From: Eledone cirrhosa
Lineage: Eukaryota
DNA length: 64,000 nt
Assembly (NCBI GenBank): GCA_964016885.1
Contig: OZ024742.1
Span: forward strand, 29,140,001 to 29,204,000
Direction of reading: 5' to 3'
In this document: piece by piece, positions 1 to 12,565 of the stretch
How positions within the stretch are numbered: position 1 is the stretch's first letter
How the letters are laid out: each line of letters opens with the position of its first letter
Position numbers and translations under genes: made by a program
The notes under the pieces: model-generated
Databases searched by the model: none
What the model saw: only the letters and a program-made list of their open reading frames with translations
What the model was told of the DNA's origin: nothing

Positions 1-307
1 ATATGGTATCTACCATTGGAATGGTGACTAGGTGACAGTATCTGGTCCTCACATATATGGTATCTACCACTGGAATGGTAACTAGGTGACAGTATCTGGT
101 CCTCACATATATGGTATCTACCATTGGAATGGTAACTAGGTGACAGTATCTGGTCCTCACATTTATAGTATCTACCATTGGAATGGTGACTAGGTGACAG
201 TATCTGGTCCTCACATATATGGTATCTACCATTGGAATGGTGACTGGGTGGCAGTATCTGGTCCTCACATATATGGTATCTAGCATTGGAATGGTGACTG
301 GTTGACA
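1..307. repeat. 54-bp minisatellite, about 5.7 copies, runs off the window start
   Basis: Unit atatggtatctaccattggaatggtgactaggtgacagtatctggtcctcacat recurs at 1, 55, 109, 163, 217, 271. Confidence 0.95.
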
Positions 308-469
308 AGCTCTACATCAGGCATATGTGCTCGCCATATGTTTTAGAATACAGCTTTCATTTAACCTAATAGATTTTTTTCATTTTAACCCTTTCTGTTG
401 TTTTTCCTGTAACGTTTTTCTTCGATGAAGTTAGCATCCTGTTTATATTTTATTGCTCCCTTATATAGA

Positions 470-725
470 GAGGTGTGTGGAGTAATGGTAAGGGTGTTGA
501 AATTACGATCGTGATGTTGTGGGTTCGATTCCTGGACTGGGTTGTGATCTTGAGCAAAACACCTTATTTCACATTGCTCTAGTGTATCTAGCTAAAAATG
601 AGTACCGGCATTAGCTGAGGGTTTAACCCAGTGATGGACTGGCGTCCCGTCCATGGGGTGTATTGTACTCTCGTGATAAACATCGGGCTAATGGAACTCT
701 GAGGTCGAAAAACACTTTAGACTCA
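470..725 (+). mobile_element. tRNA-derived SINE (family 1)
   Basis: A-box-like tggagtaatgg, B-box ggttcgattcc, core cttgagcaaaacac...aaatgagtaccgg, then gatggactggcgtcccgtcc; similar to copies at 39401, 43428 and 54158. Confidence 0.8.
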
Positions 726-769
726 TATATAGAGAGAAACGAGATATTTTTTTTTTTCATTTTTTTAAA

Positions 770-1220
770 ATCATTTCTCGTTATCATACTAACCAGATTT
801 CCTTCCATTACCTCTAAATAATTCTCTAGTCATATGGTTGTTGTTTTTTTTATTTTTAGTTACTTTGTTGTATCCCAGCATTGGTGTGGCGGTGTCGGGA
901 CACTGTTTGTAGTTTCCTAGGTTTTCTCTGTCTAAGATCTTCCAATAACCTTACAATTTCTAATTCATTATGTTGAATCTTTCGTTTATAACTGATTTGT
1001 CTAGTCTACCTAATATCTTATATGAAGCATTCAGTTTAGCATTTAATGACCTTTCTGAAATACGCTTTTCTAAATTTATTCTTCATTTCTCTTAGCTGTG
1101 TTTTATCAGTTTCGTCTATTCCTATGTGGTTGGTTCTTGTATTATTCACTGGTTTTGGTGTTCATATTTAATTTAGTATTTTTGATTTTACTTAATTCGC
1201 TTCTTCCTATAACAGATTCG
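770..1220 (-). pseudogene. Degenerate non-LTR retrotransposon RT C-terminal fragment, R4/Dong-like
   Basis: Minus-strand translation across frameshifts gives HIGIDETDKTQLREMKNKFRKAYFRKV, NAKLNA and LDR..KPRKLQTVSRHRHTNAGIQ, resembling the YLGI..MKEK..KEY.RR / LDRKTRKLLT..HHPKAD motifs. Confidence 0.6.
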
Positions 1221-1244
1221 TCACATGAGGTAAATGGAATAGAG

Positions 1245-1425
1245 AGGATTAGAGACAAATGAAGAGAAAGAGGGGAGTCAGATTAGGAAGTGAGTGCGGG
1301 AGAAGGAGAATGAGGGAGGGGTTAGGAAGTGAGATTATGACACTGAGAGAGAGAGAGTGAGAGAGAGAGGGAGAGAGAGAGAGAGAGATGGAGAGATGGA
1401 GAAAGAGAGAGAGAGAGAGAGATGT
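1245..1425. repeat. (GA)n-rich microsatellite
   Basis: Direct reading. Confidence 0.9.
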
Positions 1426-1477
1426 GACAAACAATAATTAAGTTATATAAAGTTTACGTGAAATATTAAGTACATAA

Positions 1478-3540
1478 GTAACAGCAACAGCAGCAGCAGG
1501 AAGAGCAGAAACAACATCAGCAGCAGTGGCAACAGCAGCAGCAACAGCTGCTAAAAGTACATCAGCAGCAGTGGCAACAGCAGCAACAACAGCAGCTAGA
1601 AGTACATCAGAAGCAGTGGCAACAGCAGCAGCAACAGCAGCTATAAGTACATCAGCAGCATTGGCAACGGCAGCAACAACAGCAGCTAAAAGTACACAGC
1701 AGCAGTGGCAACAGCAGCAGCTAAAAGTACAACAGCAGCAGTGGCAACAGCAGCAACAACAGCAGCTAGAAGTACATCAGCAGCAGTGGCAACAACATCA
1801 GCAGCAGTGGCAACAGCAGCAACAACAGCAGCTAGAAGTACATCAGCAGCAGTGGCAACAGCAGCAACAACAGCAGCTAGAAGGACTACAGCAGCAGTGG
1901 CAACAACAGCAGCAAGAGCAGCTAAAAGTACATCAGCAGCAACAGCAGCTAAAAGTACATCAGCAACAGTGGCAACAACAGCAGCAACAACAGCTAAAAA
2001 GGACAGCAGCAGCAGTGGCAACAGCTGCAACAGCAGCAGCTAAAAGTACATCAAGCAACAGTGGAAACAGCAGCAACAACATCAGCTACAAGGACATCAG
2101 CAGCAGTAGCAACAACAACAACAACAACAACAGTAACAACAGCAACAACAACAACAGTAACAACAGCAACAATACCAACAACACCAACAACACCAACAAT
2201 ACCAACAACAACAACACCAACTCCAACAACAACACCAACACCAACACCAACAACACCAATAACAACAACAACAACAACAACAACACCAACAACAACGACA
2301 ACAATAACAACAATACCAACAACAACACCAACAACAACACGAACAACACCAACAACACCAACAACAACAACAACACCAACAACACCAACAACACCAACAA
2401 CAACAACAACACCAACAATACCAACAACAACAACAACACCAACAACAACAACACCAACAACAACACCAACAACAACACCAACAACAACAACAACACCAAC
2501 AACAACACCAACAACAACAACACCAACAACAACACCAACAACAACAACAACAACAACACCAACACCAACAACAACACCAACAATACCAACAACAACAACA
2601 ACAACACCAACAATACCAACAACACCAACAACAACACCAACAACACCAACAACAACACCAACAACACCAACAACAACAACAACAACAACACCAACAACAA
2701 CACCAACAACAACACGAACAACAACAACAACACCAACACCAACACCAACAACAACACCAACAATACCAACAACAACAACAACACCAACAATACCAACAAC
2801 AACAACAACACCAACAACAACAACACCAACAACAACACCAACAACAACAACACCAACAACAACAACAACAACAACAACACCAACACCAACACCAACAACA
2901 ACACCAACAATACCAACAACAACAACAACAACAACACCAACAATACCAACAACAACAACAACACCAACAACAACAACACCAACAACAACACCAACAACAA
3001 CACCAACAACACCAACAACAACAACACCAACAACAACACCAACACCAACAACACCAACAACAACACCAACAACAACACCAACACCAACACCAACACCAAC
3101 ACCAACAATACCAACAACAACAACAACAACAACACCAACAATACCAACAACACCAACAATACCAACAACACCAACAACAACACCAACAACACCAACAACA
3201 CCAACAACAACAACACCAACAACAACACCAACAACAACACGAACAACAACAACAACACCAACACCAACAACAACACCAACAATACCAACAACAACAACAA
3301 CAACAACACCAACAATACCAACAACAACAACACCAACAATACCAACAACACCAACAACAACACCAACAACAACACCAACACCAACAACAACAACAACACC
3401 AACAACAACAACAACAACAACAACAACACCAACAACAACACCACCACCAACAACAACAACAACACCAATATCAGCAGCAGTAGCAACAGTGACAAATGCA
3501 AGAACAGCAATGAGAGCCGAACACTAGCAACAGCAGCAAC
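1478..3540. repeat. CAG/CAA-based minisatellite (about 45-bp unit, 1478-2105) followed by an (AAC/ACC)n tract (2105-3470)
   Basis: Units such as gcagcagtggcaacagcagcaacaacagcagctagaagtacatca, then about 1.4 kb of aac/acc triplets. Confidence 0.95.
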
Positions 3541-5910
3541 AATATGAGCAGTACATCTAACACCAACAGCAGCAACAGCCGCATCAACAGCCGCACCAAC
3601 GGCAACAGCAACAGCAGCAGCAGCAATAAAATAAGCAGTACATCCAACAGCAGCAGCAGTAGCAACAGCAGCAACAGCAGCACCAACAGCAGCAGCAACG
3701 ATATGAGCAGTACATCCAACAGCAACAGCAGCAGCAACAATATGAGCAGTACATCCACAGCAGCAGCAGCAACAATATGAGCAGTACATCCAACAGCAGC
3801 AGCACCAACAGCAGCAGCAACGATATGAGCAGTACATCCAACAGCAACAGCAGCAGCAACAATATGAGCAGTACATCCACAGCAGCAGCAGCAACAATAT
3901 AAGCAGTACATCCAACAGCAACAGCAGCAGCAGCAACAATATGAGCAGTACATCCAACAGCAGCAGCAACAATATGAGCAGTACATCCAACAGCAGCAGC
4001 AACAATATGAGCAGTACATCCAACAGCAGCAGCAACAATATGAGCAGTACATCCAACAGCAGCAGCAACAATATGAGCAGTACATCCAACAGCAGCAGCA
4101 ACAATATGAGCAGTACATCCAACAGCAACAGCAGCAGCAGCAACAATATGAGCAGTACATCCAACAGCAACAGCAACAGTAGCAGCAGCAACAATATGAG
4201 CAGTACATCCAACAGCAACAGCAGCAGCAGCAACAATATGAGCAGTACATCCAACAGCAACAGCAACAGCAGCAACAATATGAGCAGTACATCCACAGTA
4301 GCAGCAGCAACAATATAAGCAGTACATCCAACAGCAACAGCAGCAGCAGCAGCAACAATATGAGCAGTACATCCAACAGCAACAGCAGCAGCAGCAACAA
4401 TATGAGCAGTACATCCACAGCAGCAGCAACAATATAAGCAGTACATCCAACAGCAACAGCAGCAGCAGCAACAATATGAGCAGTACATCCACAGCAGCAG
4501 CAGCAACAATATAAGCAGTACATCCAACAGCAACAACAGCAGCAGCAGCAGCAACAATATGAGCAGTACATCCAACAGCAGCAGCAACAGCAGCAGCAGC
4601 AACAATATGAGCAGTACATGCAACAGCAGCAGCAACAGCAGCAGCAGCAACAATATGAGCAGTACATCCAACAGCAACAGCAGCAGCAGCAACAATATGA
4701 GCAGTACATCCAACAGCAACAGCAGCAGCAGCAAAAATATGAGCAGTACATCCAACAGCAACAGCAACATCAGCAACAATATGAGCAGTACATCCAACAG
4801 CAACAGCAACAGCAGCAGCAGCAACAATATGAGCAGTACATCCAACAGCAGCAGCAACAGCTGCAGCAGCAACAATATGAGCAGTACATCCACAGCAGCA
4901 GCAGCAACAATATAAGCAGTACATCCAACAGCATCAGCAACAGCAGCAGCAGCAACAATATGAGCAGTACATCCAACAGCAACAGCAGCAGCAGCAACAA
5001 TATGAGCAGTACATCCAACAGCAACAGCAACATCAGCAACAATATGAGCAGTACATCCAACAGCAACAGCAACATCAGCAACAATATGAGCAGTACATCC
5101 AACAGCAACAGCAGCAGCAGCAAAAATATGAGCAGTACATCCAACAGCAACAGCAACATCAGCAACAATATGAGCAGTACATCCAACAGCAACAGCAACA
5201 GCAGCAGCAGCAACAATATGAGCAGTACATCCAACAGCAGCAGCAACAGCTGCAGCAGCAACAGCTGCAGCAGCAACAATATGAGCAGTACATCCACAGC
5301 TGCAGCAGCAACAATATGAGCAGTACATCCAACAGCAGCAGCAACAGCAGCAACAATATGAGCAGTACATCCAACAGCAGCAGCAACAGCAGCAACAATA
5401 TGAGCAGTACATCCAACAGCAACAGCAACAGCAGCAACAATATGAGCAGTACATCCAACAGCAACAGCAACAGCAGCAGCAGCAACAATATGAGCAGTAC
5501 ATCCAACAGCAACAGCAGCAGCAGCAAAAATATGAGCAGTACATCCAACAGCAACAGCAACAGCAGCAACAATATGAGCAGTACATCCAACAGCAACAGC
5601 AACAGCAGCAGCAGCAACAATATGAGCAGTACATCCAACAGCAGCAGCAACAGCAACAGCAGCAACAATATGAGCAGTACATCCAACAGCAGCAGCAACA
5701 GCAGCAACAATATGAGCAGTACATCCAACAGCAACAGCAACAGCAGCAACAATATGAGCAGTACATCCAACAGCAACAGCAACAGCAGCAGCAGCAACAA
5801 TATGAGCAGTACATCCAACAGCAGCAGCAACAGCTGCAGCAGCAACAATATGAGCAGTACATCCAACAGCAACAGCAACAGCAGCAACAATATGAGCAGT
5901 ACATCCAACA
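3541..5910. repeat. Variable-length minisatellite aatatgagcagtacatccaac(agc/aac)n
   Basis: Constant core aatatgagcagtacatcc separated by variable CAG/CAA runs, dozens of copies. Confidence 0.95.
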
Positions 5911-8900
5911 GAGGACTTCACCCATTTAAAAATGATAAAGGTCCCTCTGGAGCTTTATCGTTCCTTAAAAGAACAATTTAGACGGGACGTGAGCCCCCCC
6001 CTGTTTAAAACCGTTGAATCGCGTCCTCTTGAAAGATTTCCCCATAACCGCCCCTCTCCCTGACACAACTCCAAATACCCCAACCCCACCACACACGTGT
6101 ACCCCCACACCACCACAAAACATCCCTCCACCCAACACACCTGATGCCATGGAAATTACGCAACCCGGAGGGGTAAGTGCTTTTCTTTCTTCACTTTCAA
6201 CACCAAAATAGATCAATTGAGAGTTGGCTGTTTGAACGCGCGTGGCCTGGGCTCAGCTTGGAAGCAAGCAAAGCTTCTAAGTGACCTCAGGTCACAAAGT
6301 ATAGATGTAATGGTTGTTTGCGAGAGTCGGATCAGCAGCGTGAGACAGCTGGCGCCCGCCTTCGATGACTTTGAGATGCACGCATCTCTCTGTCAACCCG
6401 GAGGCGGGGGGGGGGGGGGGAGTTGCCGTACTGCTGGATAAACGTCTGACTCTCGACGTACAGATTGTTCACTCGGACCCGGGGGGTCGATTACTGGTGC
6501 TGGACGTCGGAGGCGGTGAAGGCGGGGCTTTCAGACTGGTCGGTCTTTATGCTCCCTTCGGGGCGGAAAGAGCCGACTTCTTCCAGCGTCTGGAGACTTT
6601 TCTAGGAACGTCGCGTTCCCTGCTTTTAGTGGGGGACTGGAATGGAATCCTAGATGAGCGTTGGGACTATGCAGAGGCATGTCCCGATAGAGGGGGGTGT
6701 AGCAGCCTCAAGGGGTTACTCGATCGATTCGACCTGGTCGATAGATTTCGACTAGATTGTCCAACTGCGCCAACCTGGACCTGGGCAAACCGCAGTGGAC
6801 AATCTAGATCGTACCTAGATAGGTTTTTGGTTAGGAGTAAGGATAGGGGCGTATTTAGTTGTCCAGAACTGATCATGGTTGGCTATTCAGATCACAAATT
6901 AGTGACCTGCGTGGTCAACCTTGATAGAACGCATAGACAGGGTCCCGGTTACTGGAAGATGAACTTGTCCTTGCCGACAAAGAAAGATTACAGAAACCGG
7001 ATTAGTAGCTTAGTTAAGATGCGGTTGACGGGAGCGATCGTCAACAGTAGGTGGTGAGTATCTCTAAAGAGAGAGATTAGAATAAGTTCGATAGGTTACA
7101 GTAAGGAACTAGCGGCGAATAGAAATAGGAAGGAAAGGGAGTTAACAGATAAACTAGCAGAGGCGATTAGGAGCGGAGACGTAGCCAGAGTGTTAGCGGC
7201 GAGAACGGCGTTGAGCCAGTTCTTTGACGCGAAGCACGAAGGCTGCGTTGTCCGAAGTAAAATACGTGCTTTAGGAAACGAGGGGACCAAAGCTGTTAGC
7301 TGGGCCCGCGTGACAGAAGCCAAGAGTGGGATTAAATCCACCATTCGGTCTTTGCGAGTCCAGGATGGACGGGTGATCCTTGAACCTGAGCGGATGTGCG
7401 AGGCCTTTCAAAGGCACTTTGCTCGACTGTTCGGAGGGGGCGGGGGGCCGGACGGGGATGTGGACTTCGGTCCATACCTCGACGGTCTACCGCGTCTTTC
7501 GAGCGGCGAAGCGGAGTGCTGCGAAAGGCCAATCACAGCCACTGAAATCGGGGAAGCGCTCAGCCAATGCAGCAGACGCAAATCTCCGGGTCTCGATGGT
7601 CTACCATACGAACTTTATTTAGCTATGCCGGTCTTGTTCTCCGAACTCCTCGAGGCTGTCTATTGCAACTGGCAACAGAACGGGAGAATTCCCTGTTCTG
7701 TGACCAAGGGCGTGGTCACGCTAGTGAGGAAGGACGAGAGCAAGGGGGACGACTTAAGTAACTTTAGGCCCATAACTCTGCTGAATGCAGAGTTACAGAT
7801 TTTGGCCAAGGTGTTGGCGAAGAGGTTGGCGTTTGTGGTGGGTGGTTTGGTGGGAGACGCGCAGACATGCGCTATCCCGTCCAGGTCCATTCACGACAAC
7901 CTCCACCTCATGCGATACATCATAGAGAGGGTTGGCAACGAACCCGGCTTTGGTGGGGCCCTGATCAACTTGGATCAATCTAAGGCGTTCGATAGGGTCG
8001 ACCATGGTTACCTGGATGTGGTGCTAGCGGCGGCGGGCTTCGGTCCCATTTTCAGGGGCTGGATTTCTGCCATGCACAGTGGCAACATCTACTCTAGGAT
8101 TAAAGTAAACGGCTACCTCTCGGAGCCGTTTCAAATCACCCGGTCCATCAGGCAGGGGTGCCCCCTCTCCTCCATTCTGTACGTATTGACTCTTGAGCCA
8201 CTGCTGCGGAAGTTGGAGTTGCTGCGGGGCATACCCCTGGAACCGGGATTGCACAAAGCGGTCTCGGCCTATGCCGACGACGTAACAGTAATGGTGGCGG
8301 ACGCCTCGGAAATCGGGGCGATCGCCACCCTACTGGGGGAATACGAAAGGCTGACGGGGGCTAGGCTGAACCAGGACAAGTCAGTCGGTTTGCAACTCGG
8401 AACGTGGAGGGGCAAACCGATGCCGTTAGACGGTGTCGTCGGGCGGTGGACGGAGGGCCCGGTGAAGCTGCTCGGGGTCTGTTTCGGACCGGACCTCCAG
8501 GTGGAGAAGAATTGGGGCGAGGTGACGAGCAGGGTGTTTGCGCTGACCCAGAAGTGGGCCAAGTGCAAACTATCACTGAAAGGTCGGGCGGAGGTGACGA
8601 ACGCTTACATAGCGTCCGTCATCTACTACCGCCTGACCGTCGTGCCTTGCCCCAAGGAAAAGCTCACCATCATGGAACGCATGCTCTTCCAGTTCCTCTG
8701 GAAGAAGCGGCCTCCCATGGTGAGGAGATCCATCTGCTGCCAGCACCCTTCGAAAGGAGGGCTGGGTATGCCGTGGCTGTTGATGCGTAGGCACGCATTG
8801 AGGCTACGGCATCTACAGGTATTCCTCAACGTTCAGCCGATGTGGGCCCCGTTTGTGAGGCGAGCCTTCCCACAGCTCGTCTCGCTCACCGAACTGCAAT

Positions 8901-9884
8901 CCTGGGTGAAGCAAAGACCGAGAAAACTGGGCAACTGGCACACCGAGTGTGCCCAGGCGCTCACGGCTATCTGGCAAGCGGACCCGAATATCAGTGGAGA
9001 ATCCACCTCGACATTCTATAGAGGGTTGGTGGCTAGCAAGGGCGACGACACCCTTGGAGAGTCGCTAGGCATGGAGGAGGACGAACTGGCCAGCCTGTTC
9101 GGTAGAACTTTCGGCCTGGGACCCATGGACAACTTCCAGAGGTCCCTAGCCTGGCAGTGTTACCGGGGGGCTCTGCCCGTTAGAGAAAAGCTCTACAGAC
9201 ACGGGCGCCCGGGCAAGGATCCCGCGAAAAAGATCTGTCCCAGATGCGTGCGCGACGAGGAAACCGTTGCGCATGCACTGGTACACTGCCCAGGCGTTGC
9301 CGATCTGTGGGGCTACGTCGAAGGACTGCTGTCGCGTGTGGCACCGATTCGATTAACCGCCGAGTCTGTGGTGAACATCAAGCCGCCTCCTCCCTTCAGA
9401 AATGAAGCAGAGGCGGTCTTTCTGTGCGTAATAGCCATGATGAAAGAGGTTGTGTGGTGGACGCGCCTGAAAGGTCTGAGGTCGGGTGACTTTCTCTCCG
9501 GCCATCACCTGGTTTACTTCTTCCGATACCACTTCGGAAGAAGGATCAGGATGGAGAGAGAAGTGCTTGGCCCCAGACAGTTTTATGAAAGGTGGGTGAA
9601 AGAAGCGAGAATGGCCCGTGTAAATGGGCCTTCTCTCTACATTGTTCTGTAGGTGAAGAAGTGAAGAGGAAAGGGGGAGCGCCTCCTCTCTGGGCTTCCC
9701 CCGCGAAAAGAGTTGCACACTTTTCGGGGGTATGTGCAATCCCCAACACGCCCCCTCCCTTTTGAGGACTTTTTATTGTTATATTATTATTGTTATTCCT
9801 TTTTTCTTTACTCGATTTATGTAAACTCCCCCACTGTGTAAATGTCCCCTTCTTTTGTGCCCTCGTGGCAAATAAATAGAAATT
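5906..9884 (+). mobile_element. L1/Tx1-type non-LTR retrotransposon, family A copy A1 (5'-truncated)
   Basis: Near-identical to 17974-21947; ends gtggcaaataaatagaaatt, followed by (TATC)n. Confidence 0.95.
6208..9652 (+). pseudogene. A1 ORF2 (APE endonuclease-RT-zinc finger), disrupted
   Basis: GDWN, LDRF, SDH, QGCPLS, YADD and CPRC...H..HC motifs; frameshift in the G run at 6406-6420 and TGG>TGA stop at 7055-7057. Confidence 0.93.
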
Positions 9885-9960
9885 TATCTATCTATCTATC
9901 TATCTATCTACCTACCTACCTATCTATCTACCTATCTATCTATCTATCTATCATATATCT
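9885..9960. repeat. (TATC)n/(TACC)n tract, retrotransposon target site
   Basis: Direct reading; lies between A1 and B1. Confidence 0.95.
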
Positions 9961-10598
9961 GGTACACTGCTCGGGCATTGCCGATCTGTGGGGTTATGTC
10001 GAACAACTGCTGTCAAGGGTGGGACCAATCCGGTTGACCACCGAGTCTATTGTAACGATCAAGCCGCCTCCCCTCTTCAAAAACGAAGGAGAGGCGGTTT
10101 TTCTGTGCGTAATAGCCATGGCGAAAGAGGTTGTATGGTGGACGCGTCTGAAAGGACTGAGGTCAGACACCTTTCTCTCTGGCCAACAACTGGTCCGTTT
10201 CTTCCGATATCATTTCGGAAGAAGGATCAGGATGGAGAGAGAGGTGCTGCACCCCAGCCGTTTCTATGAAAGATGGGTGAAAGTGGCGAGAATGGCCCGT
10301 GTGAATGGGCCTTCACTCTACATCAGACTATAGGTGAGGAAGATGAAAGACCAAGAGAGCACCCCTTCTCTGTGCTCCTGAGGAGAAGGGTTGAACACTT
10401 TTTTCGGGGGTGTGTGCGACCCCCCAAGGCGCCTCCTCTCTATTGAGGACTTTGTTATAAATTTTATTTTTTGTTATATTTTATTTTATTTTTATATATT
10501 GTTATTGCCTCCTTCCTTATTGAGGACGCCTTGTTTTGTAAACTCCCCCCATTGTACTTGTCCCACTTTTGATGCCCTGGTGGCAAATAAAAGAAACA
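9961..10598 (+). mobile_element. Family B copy B1, heavily 5'-truncated (ORF2 tail plus 3'UTR), with 16-bp TSD
   Basis: Matches 15632-16274; flanked by tatctatcatatatct at 9945-9960 and 10599-10614. Confidence 0.95.
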
Positions 10599-10830
10599 TA
10601 TCTATCATATATCTGCTTACGATGGACACATGTGCTGAGCTCGCTCGGTAAGTTTCGTTTAAATTTATCCGGAAATTGTGAACTGTAAACTTTCATTTTT
10701 GTACCATTTTGTAGAGGGACTGCCAGGTCAAACTTTGATCTGGTCAGTCTCTCAAAATATTCTACGCCTTTAGGCGAAATAGTTAAACAAAAAAAAGTTT
10801 TTTCTTGTTGAAAAGTTAACATTTTTTAAA

Positions 10831-12541
10831 ATGGCTGAAGCTTCTTCACCAAAATTCGAAGGAGGAAAGGGGAAGATAAACTTACAGCTTCCCCCTGCCA
10901 CTGTCACAGTAGCAGAGGTCAAGAAGAAAGGTGAGCCTGGGGAAGGATTTTCTCCACCTGTTGACCGACAACTTGACGTTGCCATGGCAACAACCCAAAG
11001 AACAAGCGGCACCAGCAACAGCAACAACAACAACAATGCGACGGACGAAAACAACACCAATAACAATAACAACAACAAGAAGACCAATAACTGTGATAAC
11101 AACAACAATGATAACAACAACACCACCAACTACAACAGCAACACAAACAAACAAAAAAATGTCTCCTTCGCCGAGACGGCAAGGAAAACCCTCGACTATC
11201 TGCCAGTAGATATAACCAAAGCGAAGGAGCGACTGGCAGATGCCAAAAAATATATAGTGTACGGGGAAAATGGTTCATTCACGATCCATTCCCCCCCCCC
11301 CGGAACTAAAAAGCCAGAGACTCCTAAACACTGTCATGTTTAGGACAATCTCGAATAAAAGCAAAAAACCAGCTCAACCATCACAGAGTGAGATAGAGCT
11401 GGTTTTAAAAGACGTCATGAAGGACATCACCTTCATTCAGAAGGATAGACTCTACGGGAGTCTATCCATCCTCATGAAGGACAGGGACACAGCAGTGAAA
11501 CTGTCCATCAAACCAATCACATCCATCGCATACACCTTCTACCCTACGTACATGGGTAGAAGAACACAAAAAATAAAAATCCACACCATCCTACCGATTA
11601 TGGACATATGGTGGGTTTTGACAGGTTTCCTGGACCTGGATGATGACACGCTGGTGTCCATGGGAAAGGCATCGGGTGACGCGTTCAGTGGAACGAGCCT
11701 CGAACTTGTAGTTCAAATGAGGCCCGAAAGGATCGCCCAGATCCCCGAACGCGTCATATGGATGATCAAACTTTCATCAACATTACCGTTGAGGGTAGGC
11801 GGCCCTCGTGTTACCTCTGCGGAACCAGAGGTCACCTGAGGGCTGTCTGTCCCCTACTTAATAAGAAAACCCCAATCCTGCCTACACCACCAACAACTGC
11901 ACAACCAACACAATCACCACAACTACCACTACAAAAACAACCACCACAGCTCAAACCAAAACAAAACAATGTCCAACCCGTCCCCCCAACTCAAAAAACA
12001 AAAACAACGAGGAGGAGCACTTCCACACAATCAAAAGAAAAAAAAGAAAACACACCTCAGACACACAAATGAAAACAACCCCTCCCCAAAAGATAACACT
12101 GACACCAACACAAAAGAGCTCACAACAACAGCAAACAAAAAACACCACACAAAAACAAAAACATGCATACACATACATAAACATAAGAAACAAAAAACTG
12201 TTAAACATTGTGTACAACAACAATCTAATAAAAACCCAAGGGCCTAACTTCACCCAGGCAGGGGATTTCCCCCACCTCAAAATGATTAAGGCCCCACAGG
12301 ACACCTATAAAACTTTAAAAAACAACTTTAAAGAGGACGTGGTTCCCCCCTGCGTCGGGCCCATTAACCGCGTCCTCCTAAAAAAACTACCCCCCCCCCC
12401 AAACACCCACACAACTCCAAACTCCCCAACCACACAACACACTGATGCCCCTACACTTCCACAAACCACCACCCCACCCAACAACCCATCCCCACCCTAA
12501 TGGAAATTGTGCAGCCCGATACCCGGGACGCAGAGAGGTAA
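10831..12541 (+). pseudogene. B2 ORF1 (nucleic-acid-binding protein with CCHC knuckle), several frameshifts
   Basis: CYLCGTRGHLRAVC knuckle; the ORF pieces at 10831, 11270, 11758 and 12069 each align to family A ORF1; some breaks fall in C homopolymers. Confidence 0.88.
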
Positions 12542-12565
12542 GTGCCTTTTCTCTTCACCACCAAC

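Noticed and set aside
470-545. tRNA gene (also 39401 and 54158)
   Set aside because: A/B boxes continue into SINE bodies; no convincing cloverleaf
3541-5910. CRISPR-like constant core with variable spacers
   Set aside because: Spacers are only CAG/CAA length variants
1526-5981. Long poly-N/T/Q/S/L ORFs
   Set aside because: Products of triplet repeats, open in several frames and on both strands, with frame-breaking units and no domain
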